A DNA stretch of 64,000 bases from a bacterium (lineage in GTDB: Bacteria > Patescibacteriota > Saccharimonadia > Saccharimonadales > AWTP1-31). The notes under the pieces were generated by a model. The model saw only the letters and a program-made list of their open reading frames with translations, made no database searches and was not told the origin of the DNA. Within the stretch, counting starts at the first letter, position 1, and every line of letters starts with the position of its first letter. The stretch spans positions 3,872 to 67,871 of the forward strand of contig JAUHZB010000003.1 of assembly GCA_030426125.1 (NCBI GenBank). Direction: 5' to 3'. The position numbers and the translations under genes were made by a program. This document shows, piece after piece, positions 28,672 through 37,531 of this stretch.

Positions 28672-29805
28672 ATGAAGCAGAAAGCTCAAATCTTAATCGG
28701 TTCAGCAATGACCGCCCTAATAGTTGCTCTTATCTACATAGTTTTTGAAGAATCACTAAACTGGGCTATAGACAGGGTCTGGATAGACTTACTGAGCAGT
28801 CAATCCAATCGTCTACTTTCTGCCGTATTTACTGTAGCAACCGGCTTTGGCTATTTTGCATCTAAACATTATCTGGCTGATCAGCCCAAAGCCAAGAATA
28901 ATCAAAATATGGTCCATAAGCTGCTAATTGTCCTATTTGTTGGCTTTCTTTCCCTATTTGCCGGCGCAGCTCTTGGCCCGGAAGCTATACTTATTCCTGC
29001 CAGTCTTATGGTTGGACAGTTAATAAGCGGAAGGTTGAATAACGGCAATGAAACGAAAAGAAAGGCAGATAATAAAAACTTAGCCTTAAGTAAACTACTT
29101 AGTTTAGCCGGCTTTGTAGCTCTTTTTGTGGCTTTCTTCAACTCCCTACTTGGTGGAGTGCTAGGCTATTACCTAGCCAATAAAGGTAGAAAACGTAGCG
29201 AATTGTTAGCCATAAACAACCTAATAGTACTTGGTATTTCCTCAGTAGTTTCACTAATTACCCTAAACCAGTTGTCACACCGTGGTTCTTTTATTTTCCC
29301 TGCTTCAACTGCTTCCTGGTCGATTGTTTCTATTGTCTTACTAGTGGCTTGTTTTGTTATTGGCGTTCTTTACCAAAAACTACTATCTTGGTTCACTCAA
29401 CGTATTCAGCGCTGGCAACAGCGCACAGAACAAAGTTGGACTTGGAAGAAGAAAGCTCTAGCTTCTAGCACCGTCCTAGCTATCTTATTCTTAGTTGGTG
29501 GTTACTATATTCAATTTACAGGAAATCATTTCATAGCTGAGGTCATTAACGATGCAGAAACTATAGGTATAATTGGCCTACTATCGATAAGTATAATTAA
29601 GATCATAGCTATCGCCTGGTCTAATACTACTGGCTACCGAGGTGGTCAAATCTTCCCGATGACTTTTGTAGCAAGCGCTAGCGTCGCTGCTCTATCTTTA
29701 ATATTTGCCGATATACATATTGTGGCCGCAGTATTCTTAATATTAGCTGGTGCTATATATGGCGATAAAAAGAATAATATCCTAATGGGACACTTAAGCG
29801 TTTAG
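28672..29805 (+). CDS. ClC-family (voltage-gated chloride channel-like) membrane protein
   Basis: 377 aa polytopic. GAALGPEAILIP resembles the GxEGP motif and GYRGGQIFPM resembles the GxFxP motif. Divergent. Confidence 0.5.
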   Translation: MKQKAQILIGSAMTALIVALIYIVFEESLNWAIDRVWIDLLSSQSNRLLSAVFTVATGFGYFASKHYLADQPKAKNNQNMVHKLLIVLFVGFLSLFAGAALGPEAILIPASLMVGQLISGRLNNGNETKRKADNKNLALSKLLSLAGFVALFVAFFNSLLGGVLGYYLANKGRKRSELLAINNLIVLGISSVVSLITLNQLSHRGSFIFPASTASWSIVSIVLLVACFVIGVLYQKLLSWFTQRIQRWQQRTEQSWTWKKKALASSTVLAILFLVGGYYIQFTGNHFIAEVINDAETIGIIGLLSISIIKIIAIAWSNTTGYRGGQIFPMTFVASASVAALSLIFADIHIVAAVFLILAGAIYGDKKNNILMGHLSV

Positions 29806-29824
29806 ATCAATACCAAAGAGCTAT

Positions 29825-29853
29825 TTGTAAGCTAAAGATAAAAAAAGTATAAT
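29825..29853 (+). promoter_or_regulatory. Sigma-70-like promoter upstream of tRNA-Gln
   Basis: TTGTAA (29825-29830), 17-nt spacer, TATAAT (29848-29853). About 70 nt upstream of the tRNA. Confidence 0.45.
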
Positions 29854-29922
29854 ACACCTGTTATTTTAGGTGTTAATTAGTAAAAACTACTTATTATCCC
29901 TAAATACGGCAATAACAATTAA

Positions 29923-29996
29923 TGGGGATTGGCCAAGTGGTAAGGCAGCGGATTCTGGTTCCGCGATCGGGGGTTCGAGTCCCTCATCCCCAGCCA
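29923..29996 (+). tRNA. tRNA-Gln (anticodon CUG), CCA encoded
   Basis: Hand-folded cloverleaf. Acceptor TGGGGAT/ATCCCCA (U1-A72), anticodon arm GCGGA-TTCTGGT-TCCGC, T-arm GGGGG-TTCGAGT-CCCTC, discriminator G plus CCA. Closely resembles E. coli tRNA-Gln. Confidence 0.93.
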
Positions 29997-30389
29997 CGTA
30001 TTGCATCTAAATAGACCCTAATGCATAGCATGTTTATCCAACCTATTAGAGATATAGTAATAAAGTCTGTATGTATCTAGTAAATGTAATCGAACCAAAT
30101 GGTAATAAAAAAAGCTGTTCTAGATAAAAAGGATTGGGTAGAAGCTTTTCAAGAATTAAAGAAATCTCAAAATAGAGAATTTTGGCAGTCAGAAAAATCT
30201 GATTTAGAAGACATCATTAATGAGAAGTATGATTGTTTTGAGTAATATCTCCAAACTCTCCTTGTTTTAGTTCAACCCCACTACTTATACCTAAGTATTG
30301 AGCCAAACCGTATGCGTCAAATTAATATAATAAACTAAAGTTATTACCTCGTACTTTATAGTACTGCATAAGTAGGGTAGACTTTTACC

Positions 30390-30881
30390 ATGGAATATCC
30401 TTACATGATAGTGGGCTTTATAGATGAGTTTGAAACAAATCAAGTTATTAAACCTCCTCGTCATCCGCACATAACTATCAAGAAGAAGTTCAAGCTAACA
30501 AAATTCACCGAGAATGAAATGATTGCAGTGTTAAAAAAATGGTCAGAGAAAATAGAGATACCGAAACTCAACCTTGGTCAATCAAAAATATACGACGATG
30601 ATGCATTTAAGATAATCGATGTTATTAATGTGCAAGAATGGCAAGATTTACACAATAAAATTATTGATCTTTTAGAAGATAAAATCGACTCTAGAGTAGC
30701 AAAATACGACGACTCAAACTACTATCCGCATATTACTTGGCTGGCAAATAACAAGCAAATGTTCGACCCCAAACCTCTTATGAATACAGAACACTCACTA
30801 CTCTACATATACCTCATTCAACGCGTACATCCCACAGAAAGTAAGGCGAAAATCATCGCCAAATTCCACACGCATAATTAG
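30390..30881 (+). CDS. 2H phosphoesterase superfamily protein (LigT / cyclic phosphodiesterase-like)
   Basis: 163 aa with the two diagnostic HxT motifs: RHPHITIKK and YYPHITWLA. Confidence 0.6.
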   Translation: MEYPYMIVGFIDEFETNQVIKPPRHPHITIKKKFKLTKFTENEMIAVLKKWSEKIEIPKLNLGQSKIYDDDAFKIIDVINVQEWQDLHNKIIDLLEDKIDSRVAKYDDSNYYPHITWLANNKQMFDPKPLMNTEHSLLYIYLIQRVHPTESKAKIIAKFHTHN

Positions 30882-31052
30882 GATTACAATATTGGCCACC
30901 TTGTTCTAGGGTGTAATACTTTTGAACTTAGCTTATATTGGTTTTATACTTACAATACATGGATTTTATAAGAATGAGGATTGTTATACTGATACCTCAT
31001 ATGTAATGTAATGGTACATTAAACTAAATTGTTGTATAGTAATACTATAACT

Positions 31053-32462
31053 ATGAACACACGTTTCTTATCAAGTGACTTATCTCCAGAGGCTGAAGCA
31101 TTACTACAGCCCTATATTGGTGGGCCTTTAGTCGATAATGACATGCAAGATGTCGCATTGTTGGAGCGACGATCTCGAGCAGTTAAACTATTAAGAAGTT
31201 ATTTTACGCCTGTTACGTCAAACCCGGACAAGTATGTTCTTGATACTGTTGATGCAGGACTACCTAGCCCTCAGCATATTGGTAGTCAGTTAGCACGAAG
31301 GGTTACAACTCCACTGCTTTGCGACAACTTTGATACAACTAAGCAGTTCGTGGACGAATACTCCCCTGGATCTGAAGACGAGAGGGTATTCTTCGAAGTG
31401 AGCATAGGTGCATTACAACAAATACATACAGCAACGCATAAATATCTTGCCGATCACGACATATCTATTTCACGTGCCGTACTTGAAAGATTTTCTACAA
31501 CATCAAGAAATGGGCATTATAATGCATCAGCATTTTCCAATAATGATAGGTATCAATTTTCAGGTCGGGAGACTAGTCGTTCATTAGATAATATGCTGCG
31601 AAGTGGCATAGAACTTTTCGTAGAGCCAGCCGGATTAGATGTTCTTGATAGAGCACTTACAGAATCAGCATCTATAGGAATGCCCGTGACGGAGCTAACA
31701 AAGAATGACGCGATAGTATCGATAAATGGATTTGGCCATTCGAAACTATCATTAGGCATCCATGACGCCATTGATCACGTTCGCACATTTACAATTGCGC
31801 GTGATTCTGGGCTATTCATTAAGTACGAAGCACTTTTTGACTCAATTGGCAATCCTCAGCAAACAGACATATTTAAAAGAGAAGGAGAGATTCTTGCTAG
31901 TCTTTCATTTGGCATGCGGTATTGGGAAGATCAACCGGGTTTTGTACCAATATTGTCATACAATGACCTGGTTGCACTATTTAATCGAGCCAGTGAAAAT
32001 GGACTACTACATGAAAGACATGAAGCAGCTATTGATCTTCTTGGAAAATTGCCAGAGGCTGAATACGATGAACAACAGCAGAATTTATTATTTGTAATAA
32101 GTAATTACCTCGTTACACTTATGGAGCAAAGACGTCGATATGGGGTAATCAAACAAAAGGATAATGACGGATCACTGACAGAACTATCCCCAATTGATCC
32201 CGATTTTTTAAGCTTTATGATTGAACTGCACAACGAAATATTCAGTCAAAGAGACGGGCATCTTAGTGCACTGCAAGCAGTGCATACTAAGATTGAAGCA
32301 TACTTATCTGATGTAGCAAAACGACGGAGAAAAGCAGATACTACACTTGTACTGAGAAGTGCGACAGAAGCGGAAAATTGGTCAAACCTCGATCAAGCTA
32401 CACATGACTGGATGCGTAAAAACTATAGATTTTCTACAATAAAGGAGCGTGTAAAACAATGA
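31053..32462 (+). CDS. Hypothetical protein (ORFan, ~469 aa)
   Basis: The track ORF starts at TTG 31029; the first ATG is at 31053. His/Asp-rich stretch GFGHSKLSLGIHDAIDHV. No family recognised. ATGA-coupled to the next gene. Confidence 0.55.
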   Translation: MNTRFLSSDLSPEAEALLQPYIGGPLVDNDMQDVALLERRSRAVKLLRSYFTPVTSNPDKYVLDTVDAGLPSPQHIGSQLARRVTTPLLCDNFDTTKQFVDEYSPGSEDERVFFEVSIGALQQIHTATHKYLADHDISISRAVLERFSTTSRNGHYNASAFSNNDRYQFSGRETSRSLDNMLRSGIELFVEPAGLDVLDRALTESASIGMPVTELTKNDAIVSINGFGHSKLSLGIHDAIDHVRTFTIARDSGLFIKYEALFDSIGNPQQTDIFKREGEILASLSFGMRYWEDQPGFVPILSYNDLVALFNRASENGLLHERHEAAIDLLGKLPEAEYDEQQQNLLFVISNYLVTLMEQRRRYGVIKQKDNDGSLTELSPIDPDFLSFMIELHNEIFSQRDGHLSALQAVHTKIEAYLSDVAKRRRKADTTLVLRSATEAENWSNLDQATHDWMRKNYRFSTIKERVKQ

Positions 32463-33118
32463 GCGTAAATACTCGAGCTGTCTTACAGGATGGTGCACAT
32501 TTTGAACTTATAAACGGCATAGAAATTCTTGAGATGTCACAACGAATGCATGAGATAGGACTGAGCCTAGGCGCTACCACGGTCGAGCACGGGTTAATTG
32601 GGTTTGGAGATCCAAAGCCAGTTCGAATCCACAGCGAAGTTGTATATCACGAAGATATGGTGCAGTTTTTTATGCTTGGGTGTGTAGAACGAGCTACAGA
32701 TGGCGGAACAACTATCCTTTATGATGCGGTCAAAGCCGCAGAAATTATCAAAGCGGAACACCCTGACATAGCAGAAGTCTCGATGACATTTCGCGCAGAG
32801 CATTATGAAGGAGTAAGTACCACTGTGCCATTATTAAGAGAGAAAAATGGTCAACAGTTTCTAGGTTTCCGCCAGAAAAAGAAACAACTAAACGATTTAA
32901 TTGGACTGCCCAAAGATGTTGATGAAGATACATTCTATGACTATATTGACAGTGTCTTGGATCGTTGTATTGAATTTGAAAAGACACTCTCCCCTGGAGA
33001 AGTTGTCGTAGTAGATAATTACCAAACATTACATGTGAGAACAGCATACACTGGAGTACGCAAAATGATTCGAGTAAGGGTTGACGATCCAGAGGACCAT
33101 CGTGAGTATCTAGTATGA
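32459..33118 (+). CDS. TauD/TfdA (clavaminate-synthase-like) Fe(II)/2-oxoglutarate oxygenase-like protein
   Basis: 219 aa. Candidate HxE (RIHSE), FFMLGCVERATDGGTTILYD, distal His/Arg VVVVDNYQTLHVRTAY. Shorter than typical family members. Confidence 0.45.
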   Translation: MSVNTRAVLQDGAHFELINGIEILEMSQRMHEIGLSLGATTVEHGLIGFGDPKPVRIHSEVVYHEDMVQFFMLGCVERATDGGTTILYDAVKAAEIIKAEHPDIAEVSMTFRAEHYEGVSTTVPLLREKNGQQFLGFRQKKKQLNDLIGLPKDVDEDTFYDYIDSVLDRCIEFEKTLSPGEVVVVDNYQTLHVRTAYTGVRKMIRVRVDDPEDHREYLV

Positions 33119-33645
33119 CCTACTCTAAAAGCTTTACTACGGCAAGAAAAAAGTTCCATGACATGATCTCTAAATCAACAAATGAGATTGATTTAAGTCA
33201 TGCAATAAATACTCAAAAATGGCTTGAACGACTTCATGGATCTAACGATGAAATAGTCACACTGGCTGCTTTTGCACACGACATTGAAAGAGCGTTACCC
33301 GACAGAATGATTTTGGAAGATTTTGAAGACTATAATAGCTATAAAAGTGCGCACTCAAAAAGGGGTGGTTTAACTGCCGAAGAGATTGCTCTTTCTTCAG
33401 GTTACTCAAGAAAAGACTCCGCTAGGCTTAGAGATCTGATTACGAACGCGGAGTTTTCGAGTACAGATCCAGACGTACAAAAGGTTTGTGATGCTGATAG
33501 CATTTCATTTTTTGATAATAACCTTGAATCTTATAAAGCAAAGAATTCTCCTGAGCGAACTAGAAAAAAAACAGAGTTCATGTATGAGCGAGCTTCAAAC
33601 AAAGCAAAGCAAGCTATCGATAAAATTCTTAGCACTTCTGAATAG
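33115..33645 (+). CDS. HD-domain phosphohydrolase-like protein
   Basis: 176 aa. H...HD...D pattern: SHAINT, AAFAHDIER, VCDADSISF. ATGA-coupled to the oxygenase gene. Confidence 0.45.
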   Translation: MTYSKSFTTARKKFHDMISKSTNEIDLSHAINTQKWLERLHGSNDEIVTLAAFAHDIERALPDRMILEDFEDYNSYKSAHSKRGGLTAEEIALSSGYSRKDSARLRDLITNAEFSSTDPDVQKVCDADSISFFDNNLESYKAKNSPERTRKKTEFMYERASNKAKQAIDKILSTSE

Positions 33646-34696
33646 TACTTTGAGCTACACTCTCGGGTAAGATGAAGTCACCATCATCCCGCAATAGGAT
33701 AACCCGTTCGTCGTTACTATTATCCACAAACTCTTGACCAACGACTCTCCAAGGACCACCATTATCATCTGCCAATATGCCATTCGATCCCATGCCTTGG
33801 TGCACCATGTTGAAACTAATAACCATACTTTTGTCGCCGTCCAAGTTAGCATGCCAAATTCTGGGATAATTAAACGGTTCAGAATCATCTAAAAGTTCAA
33901 CCTGTGCATCTACTCTTTCTTTGTAACTATACTTTCCAGAAAATGAGCCATCTATAATACTTGCAGCAGGCGTGTGGTCGTAGTCACCGTGAATTAATTG
34001 CAAACTAGTCGATACTCCCTCAGGACTCACCCATCGCAACCGTTGACTTGCAAGATATGCGCCAACATGTAACTGCACTCCCATAAGTCGCGAGATTCTG
34101 ACTGCGTATTCTTCAAACTTATCTGTAATGTTGGCATCAATAAAACCATTTTCTTTCATAGCCATACGTATTGATTCAAGTACTTCAGCTCTTTGTTCTC
34201 GTCCTGACCATGCGACCAGATCCATGTCAGAGTCAGCTCCATTTAGTCCGACTTGATGCGAACCATGGAGACCAAGCTGTACATCAGCCCCAAATGAGTT
34301 AAGTATGGTCGCAAGTCCTTCGAGCGTTTTCTTCGCTACATCGGATAGACTAATATTCCTTTCGAATAAAGAGCTGTGTGTCTCTAAGTCATCTTTGGGT
34401 GTTTGGGCATAAAATAATAGGGTCTTCCCTAACACTTCTAGGCGCATCTCGTCTCCAATGAGTGCGTCTTCCTCGCAAACGGTATCATGGATAAGCTTGT
34501 CTGCAATATAATCGCTTGCTGAACGTGCCGTAGTGTCAACACCCAATGCTTGCGGGCGATAACTGCGGTTTACTGGTAAAAAAATACCCGATTCTCCGAT
34601 TAACTCATAAGAACCACGTTGGTGGTAAATAATACCTCTCTGGTCTTCGTGAGCAGTAAATTCTGCTGTCTGTATCGGACTATAACTGAGCATCAT
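33629..34696 (-). CDS. Pol-beta-superfamily nucleotidyltransferase domain protein with unknown N- and C-terminal domains
   Basis: 355 aa. Core motif LGLHGSHQVGLNGADSDMDLVAW (GS...DxD). The 3' end overlaps the HD gene 3' end by 17 nt (convergent). Confidence 0.5.
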   Translation of the reverse strand: MMLSYSPIQTAEFTAHEDQRGIIYHQRGSYELIGESGIFLPVNRSYRPQALGVDTTARSASDYIADKLIHDTVCEEDALIGDEMRLEVLGKTLLFYAQTPKDDLETHSSLFERNISLSDVAKKTLEGLATILNSFGADVQLGLHGSHQVGLNGADSDMDLVAWSGREQRAEVLESIRMAMKENGFIDANITDKFEEYAVRISRLMGVQLHVGAYLASQRLRWVSPEGVSTSLQLIHGDYDHTPAASIIDGSFSGKYSYKERVDAQVELLDDSEPFNYPRIWHANLDGDKSMVISFNMVHQGMGSNGILADDNGGPWRVVGQEFVDNSNDERVILLRDDGDFILPESVAQSTIQKC

Positions 34697-35312
34697 TTAC
34701 CTTGATTAATGAGCCTTTTGCAGCAGTACTCTCTAAAGCTTTATCTAGATGTTCTTGCAAAGCAACAAGCACATCCTTGTAAGTGTCAATCAATTCACCA
34801 CTGTTATTGATCGTAGTGAACATAGGCGATTTCGGATATGTGACATTATCAGAGAGACTTAGTTCAATTTTTCGTTTGAAATGCGTTTCAGGAAACTGAT
34901 TTCTAGCAAGTTTTACTTCCTCATTAACAGTTAATACTACACCGCCGCTGACCAATCTCGGCCAATTCTGATCATCGGTATCTATTTGAACGCCGTCAAT
35001 AACTACATTTACACCATTCTTACTATATTCTTTGCAGGCAAACTGAATGATTGGCGTAAACAGCGAGGTGATTTTTTCATTAGTAAAGTTTTCGAGACGT
35101 GTGACTTTTGCATCATTAAATATATATCTAATAGTTTTTGCCACAACGCCTAAATTGTACGATTGATGAAAAGGCAGATCTGTTAGTAATTTTTTCGCAA
35201 TAACTGTCTTTCCTGAGCCGTTTGGCCCAGTTACAATAAATATCACGGCTACACCCTTAGAGTTTAACGTTTTTATCTTACGAGTGATTTCATCAAGGGT
35301 CTTGTTTTGCAT
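34680..35312 (-). CDS. P-loop kinase-like NTPase
   Basis: 210 aa. Walker A VTGPNGSGKTVIAKKL. Size and layout of small-molecule/nucleotide kinases. 17-nt overlap with the downstream NTase gene. Confidence 0.5.
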   Translation of the reverse strand: MQNKTLDEITRKIKTLNSKGVAVIFIVTGPNGSGKTVIAKKLLTDLPFHQSYNLGVVAKTIRYIFNDAKVTRLENFTNEKITSLFTPIIQFACKEYSKNGVNVVIDGVQIDTDDQNWPRLVSGGVVLTVNEEVKLARNQFPETHFKRKIELSLSDNVTYPKSPMFTTINNSGELIDTYKDVLVALQEHLDKALESTAAKGSLIKVNDAQL

Positions 35313-35358
35313 GATAGAGTTGATTATTTCATGATATGTTTACTTAGTCAAATTATGA

Positions 35359-35367
35359 TGGTATAGT
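35359..35367 (+). promoter_or_regulatory. Extended -10 element (TGgTATAGT) 8 nt upstream of ATG 35376
   Basis: TGgTATAGT read directly. No SD between it and the ATG. Confidence 0.35.
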
Positions 35368-35375
35368 ACTCTTTA

Positions 35376-36227
35376 ATGAGTAGTTTTGAACATTTGGCAG
35401 ATATGGTAAGCGCTGGTGACGCGCAACTGATTGGAGTCTACGGTATACCTCGTTCAATTTCAACAGCTCTAGGACGATCATTGAATGAATGCCAAGAGAC
35501 TAGCATATATGTTAATGAACCCTTCAATAGACACAACCGATCCTTAGACGTAGCAGCACTAAGTATTCTTGGTGCAATTGAGAAGGTAAAGCCAGACGGT
35601 CCAATCACAGTAATTACGAAAAATATGGCTACATACATTGACGATTGTGTTTTTAGGGATATTGAGTCAATATCAAAAGCAAATGTTTGGACCATACGAG
35701 ATCCAGAGGTGCAAATGACTTCACTTATGACAAGGATAGCAAACGATCTTTCAGTTGAGACAGGTGCAGACCTCATCACCCAAGACGAACTCGAACCGTA
35801 TCTGGACGCAGTAGCAGCATTCTTAGCCGATAGCACTTTGTCAGCTGATTTCTCACGAACAGGCTGGGTGGCCCTTCAAAGACTATATAGTCAGCAGGGC
35901 GATTCAATTCCTTCGACCGTTATTAACGGTACTACCCTAACAACAAATCCGGAGGCTACACTTCGTCGTCTTTGTGGCATTATTGGCGTAGGTTTCTCGA
36001 GTAGAATGGTAAATAGTTGGGGCGACGAATATACAAATATAAACGTTGGTAGTAGCAGATTCACTACCGAAGACAATGCTTGGACGAAAGATGTTGCTCG
36101 CGCAGATGGATTCCATCAGACACATAGATCTCCTCTGCCACTAGGTCTACTCCCGGAGTCTGTTCGTTCACATATTCTAAATGTTGCTATGCCTGTATAC
36201 GATAAAATGAGGCTAACTGCGCTTTAA
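35376..36227 (+). CDS. Sulfotransferase-fold protein (putative PAPS-dependent)
   Basis: 283 aa. 5'-PSB-like loop VYGIPRSISTAL and 3'-PB-like WTIRDPEVQMTSL. Confidence 0.4.
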   Translation: MSSFEHLADMVSAGDAQLIGVYGIPRSISTALGRSLNECQETSIYVNEPFNRHNRSLDVAALSILGAIEKVKPDGPITVITKNMATYIDDCVFRDIESISKANVWTIRDPEVQMTSLMTRIANDLSVETGADLITQDELEPYLDAVAAFLADSTLSADFSRTGWVALQRLYSQQGDSIPSTVINGTTLTTNPEATLRRLCGIIGVGFSSRMVNSWGDEYTNINVGSSRFTTEDNAWTKDVARADGFHQTHRSPLPLGLLPESVRSHILNVAMPVYDKMRLTAL

Positions 36228-36419
36228 GTCCTAGACCTAAGCCTGACTAATTGTGATGGCACAGTGTATCTAGTATATAAAGACTAGATACGATATGTAT
36301 AGATTTCGTGTCTCATTTGTCTCGTTTTAATCTGTCGAAAGGTTCCTGACCATTATGCTCAGCCATTTATATGTCTTTTTCGACCATAGTTGTTTCTCAT
36401 ATCTGCTAAAATACATTTT

Positions 36420-36854
36420 ATGACAAGCCCAAAACATACCGAAAGCGCTGGCGGCTTAATAATTAATCACCAAAAACAAGTACTGATGGTCCAGGAGTTT
36501 GGAGAATATTGGGGTTTACCAAGAGGACACGTCAAAGACGGTGAATCTAAGCTAGAAGCAGCAAAGCGAGAAATATACGAAGAAACTGGCATAACGGACC
36601 TTACTAAAATCGCTGACCTTGGCTCCTACACCCGCTCAACTTTTGATAGCGATGGAAGACCAAATAACAACGAGATTAAACGTATTACATTTTTTGCGTT
36701 TTACACACATCAAACTAAGCTCACTCCTATAGACACTGACATTTCAGATATTGGCTGGTACGCCATAGAAGAAGCTCAAACTATGCTAATTAATGAACAA
36801 GACCTTGAATTTTATATTTCATCGATTCAAAAAGTAAATAACAGCCTATCATAA
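36420..36854 (+). CDS. Nudix hydrolase
   Basis: The track ORF starts at TTG 36390; the first ATG is at 36420. Nudix box GLPRGHVKDGESKLEAAKREIYEETGI. Confidence 0.75.
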   Translation: MTSPKHTESAGGLIINHQKQVLMVQEFGEYWGLPRGHVKDGESKLEAAKREIYEETGITDLTKIADLGSYTRSTFDSDGRPNNNEIKRITFFAFYTHQTKLTPIDTDISDIGWYAIEEAQTMLINEQDLEFYISSIQKVNNSLS

Positions 36855-36919
36855 TAGCTCTACTACAAAGGCCTGTAATAAAATTATCTACCCTAAAGCA
36901 ATAAGTACCACTATTAACT

Positions 36920-36928
36920 GCTATAATC
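36920..36928 (+). promoter_or_regulatory. Extended -10 element (TGcTATAAT) 5 nt upstream of ATG 36934
   Basis: TGcTATAAT read directly. No SD. Confidence 0.4.
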
Positions 36929-36933
36929 TAGCC

Positions 36934-37464
36934 ATGGAGAAGGAAAAAAGAGAGGGCTTTTTTAGAAGACACTTGAACATTTGGCAGGCTGCTAACAGAC
37001 AAGCCGACGAGCAGGCAAAAAGACGACATCTAGAACAAAGAATGTCTATGCCCGAATGGCATGCTGCATACATGACTTTATCTGTAAACGGATCATTCAT
37101 GAGTCTCTCGGATATTATCCAGTCTAGTAGCGATACACATAATACCCAGTACAATCCAGTTAGATGGTCTCAAGTAATTGATTCTATGTATAGCTTTGGC
37201 GTAATAGTTAAGCGCTTCAGCTGGCAAGACGCTATTGATGGCGAAGAAAGAAGTGTCATAGTCGGAGCGGACGAGATTTCTTGCCCTGAAGTAGGATACA
37301 GTAGTCGTCTTAACGATCTTATGGTGCAACAAGGATTTTCTTTTGATGAAAAATATTCAATAAGTGATGTCAACTTAGAGTATGGATTGAGACAACGTTT
37401 CGATGAGCAGTTAACCGATCCATTGCATAGCCCAGTAAACAATGGCCCTGACTCTGGTCATTAA
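36934..37464 (+). CDS. Hypothetical protein (ORFan, 176 aa)
   Basis: ORF preceded by the extended -10 element. Several alternative-frame ORFs overlap it. No family recognised. Confidence 0.4.
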   Translation: MEKEKREGFFRRHLNIWQAANRQADEQAKRRHLEQRMSMPEWHAAYMTLSVNGSFMSLSDIIQSSSDTHNTQYNPVRWSQVIDSMYSFGVIVKRFSWQDAIDGEERSVIVGADEISCPEVGYSSRLNDLMVQQGFSFDEKYSISDVNLEYGLRQRFDEQLTDPLHSPVNNGPDSGH

Positions 37465-37531
37465 CAACATTGCGCTATAATACAATCTAACAATAGGTAT
37501 TTAGTTCAACCAATAAAGGAGTAACACAATA

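Noticed and set aside
30099-30245. 48-codon ORF just downstream of the tRNA (MVIKKAVLDKKDWVEAFQELKKSQNREFWQSEKSDLEDIINEKYDCFE)
   Set aside because: It is below any reliable size threshold, has no SD or promoter that I can support, and matches no recognised family. It could be a gene remnant or a small antitoxin-like protein, but I cannot support a call.
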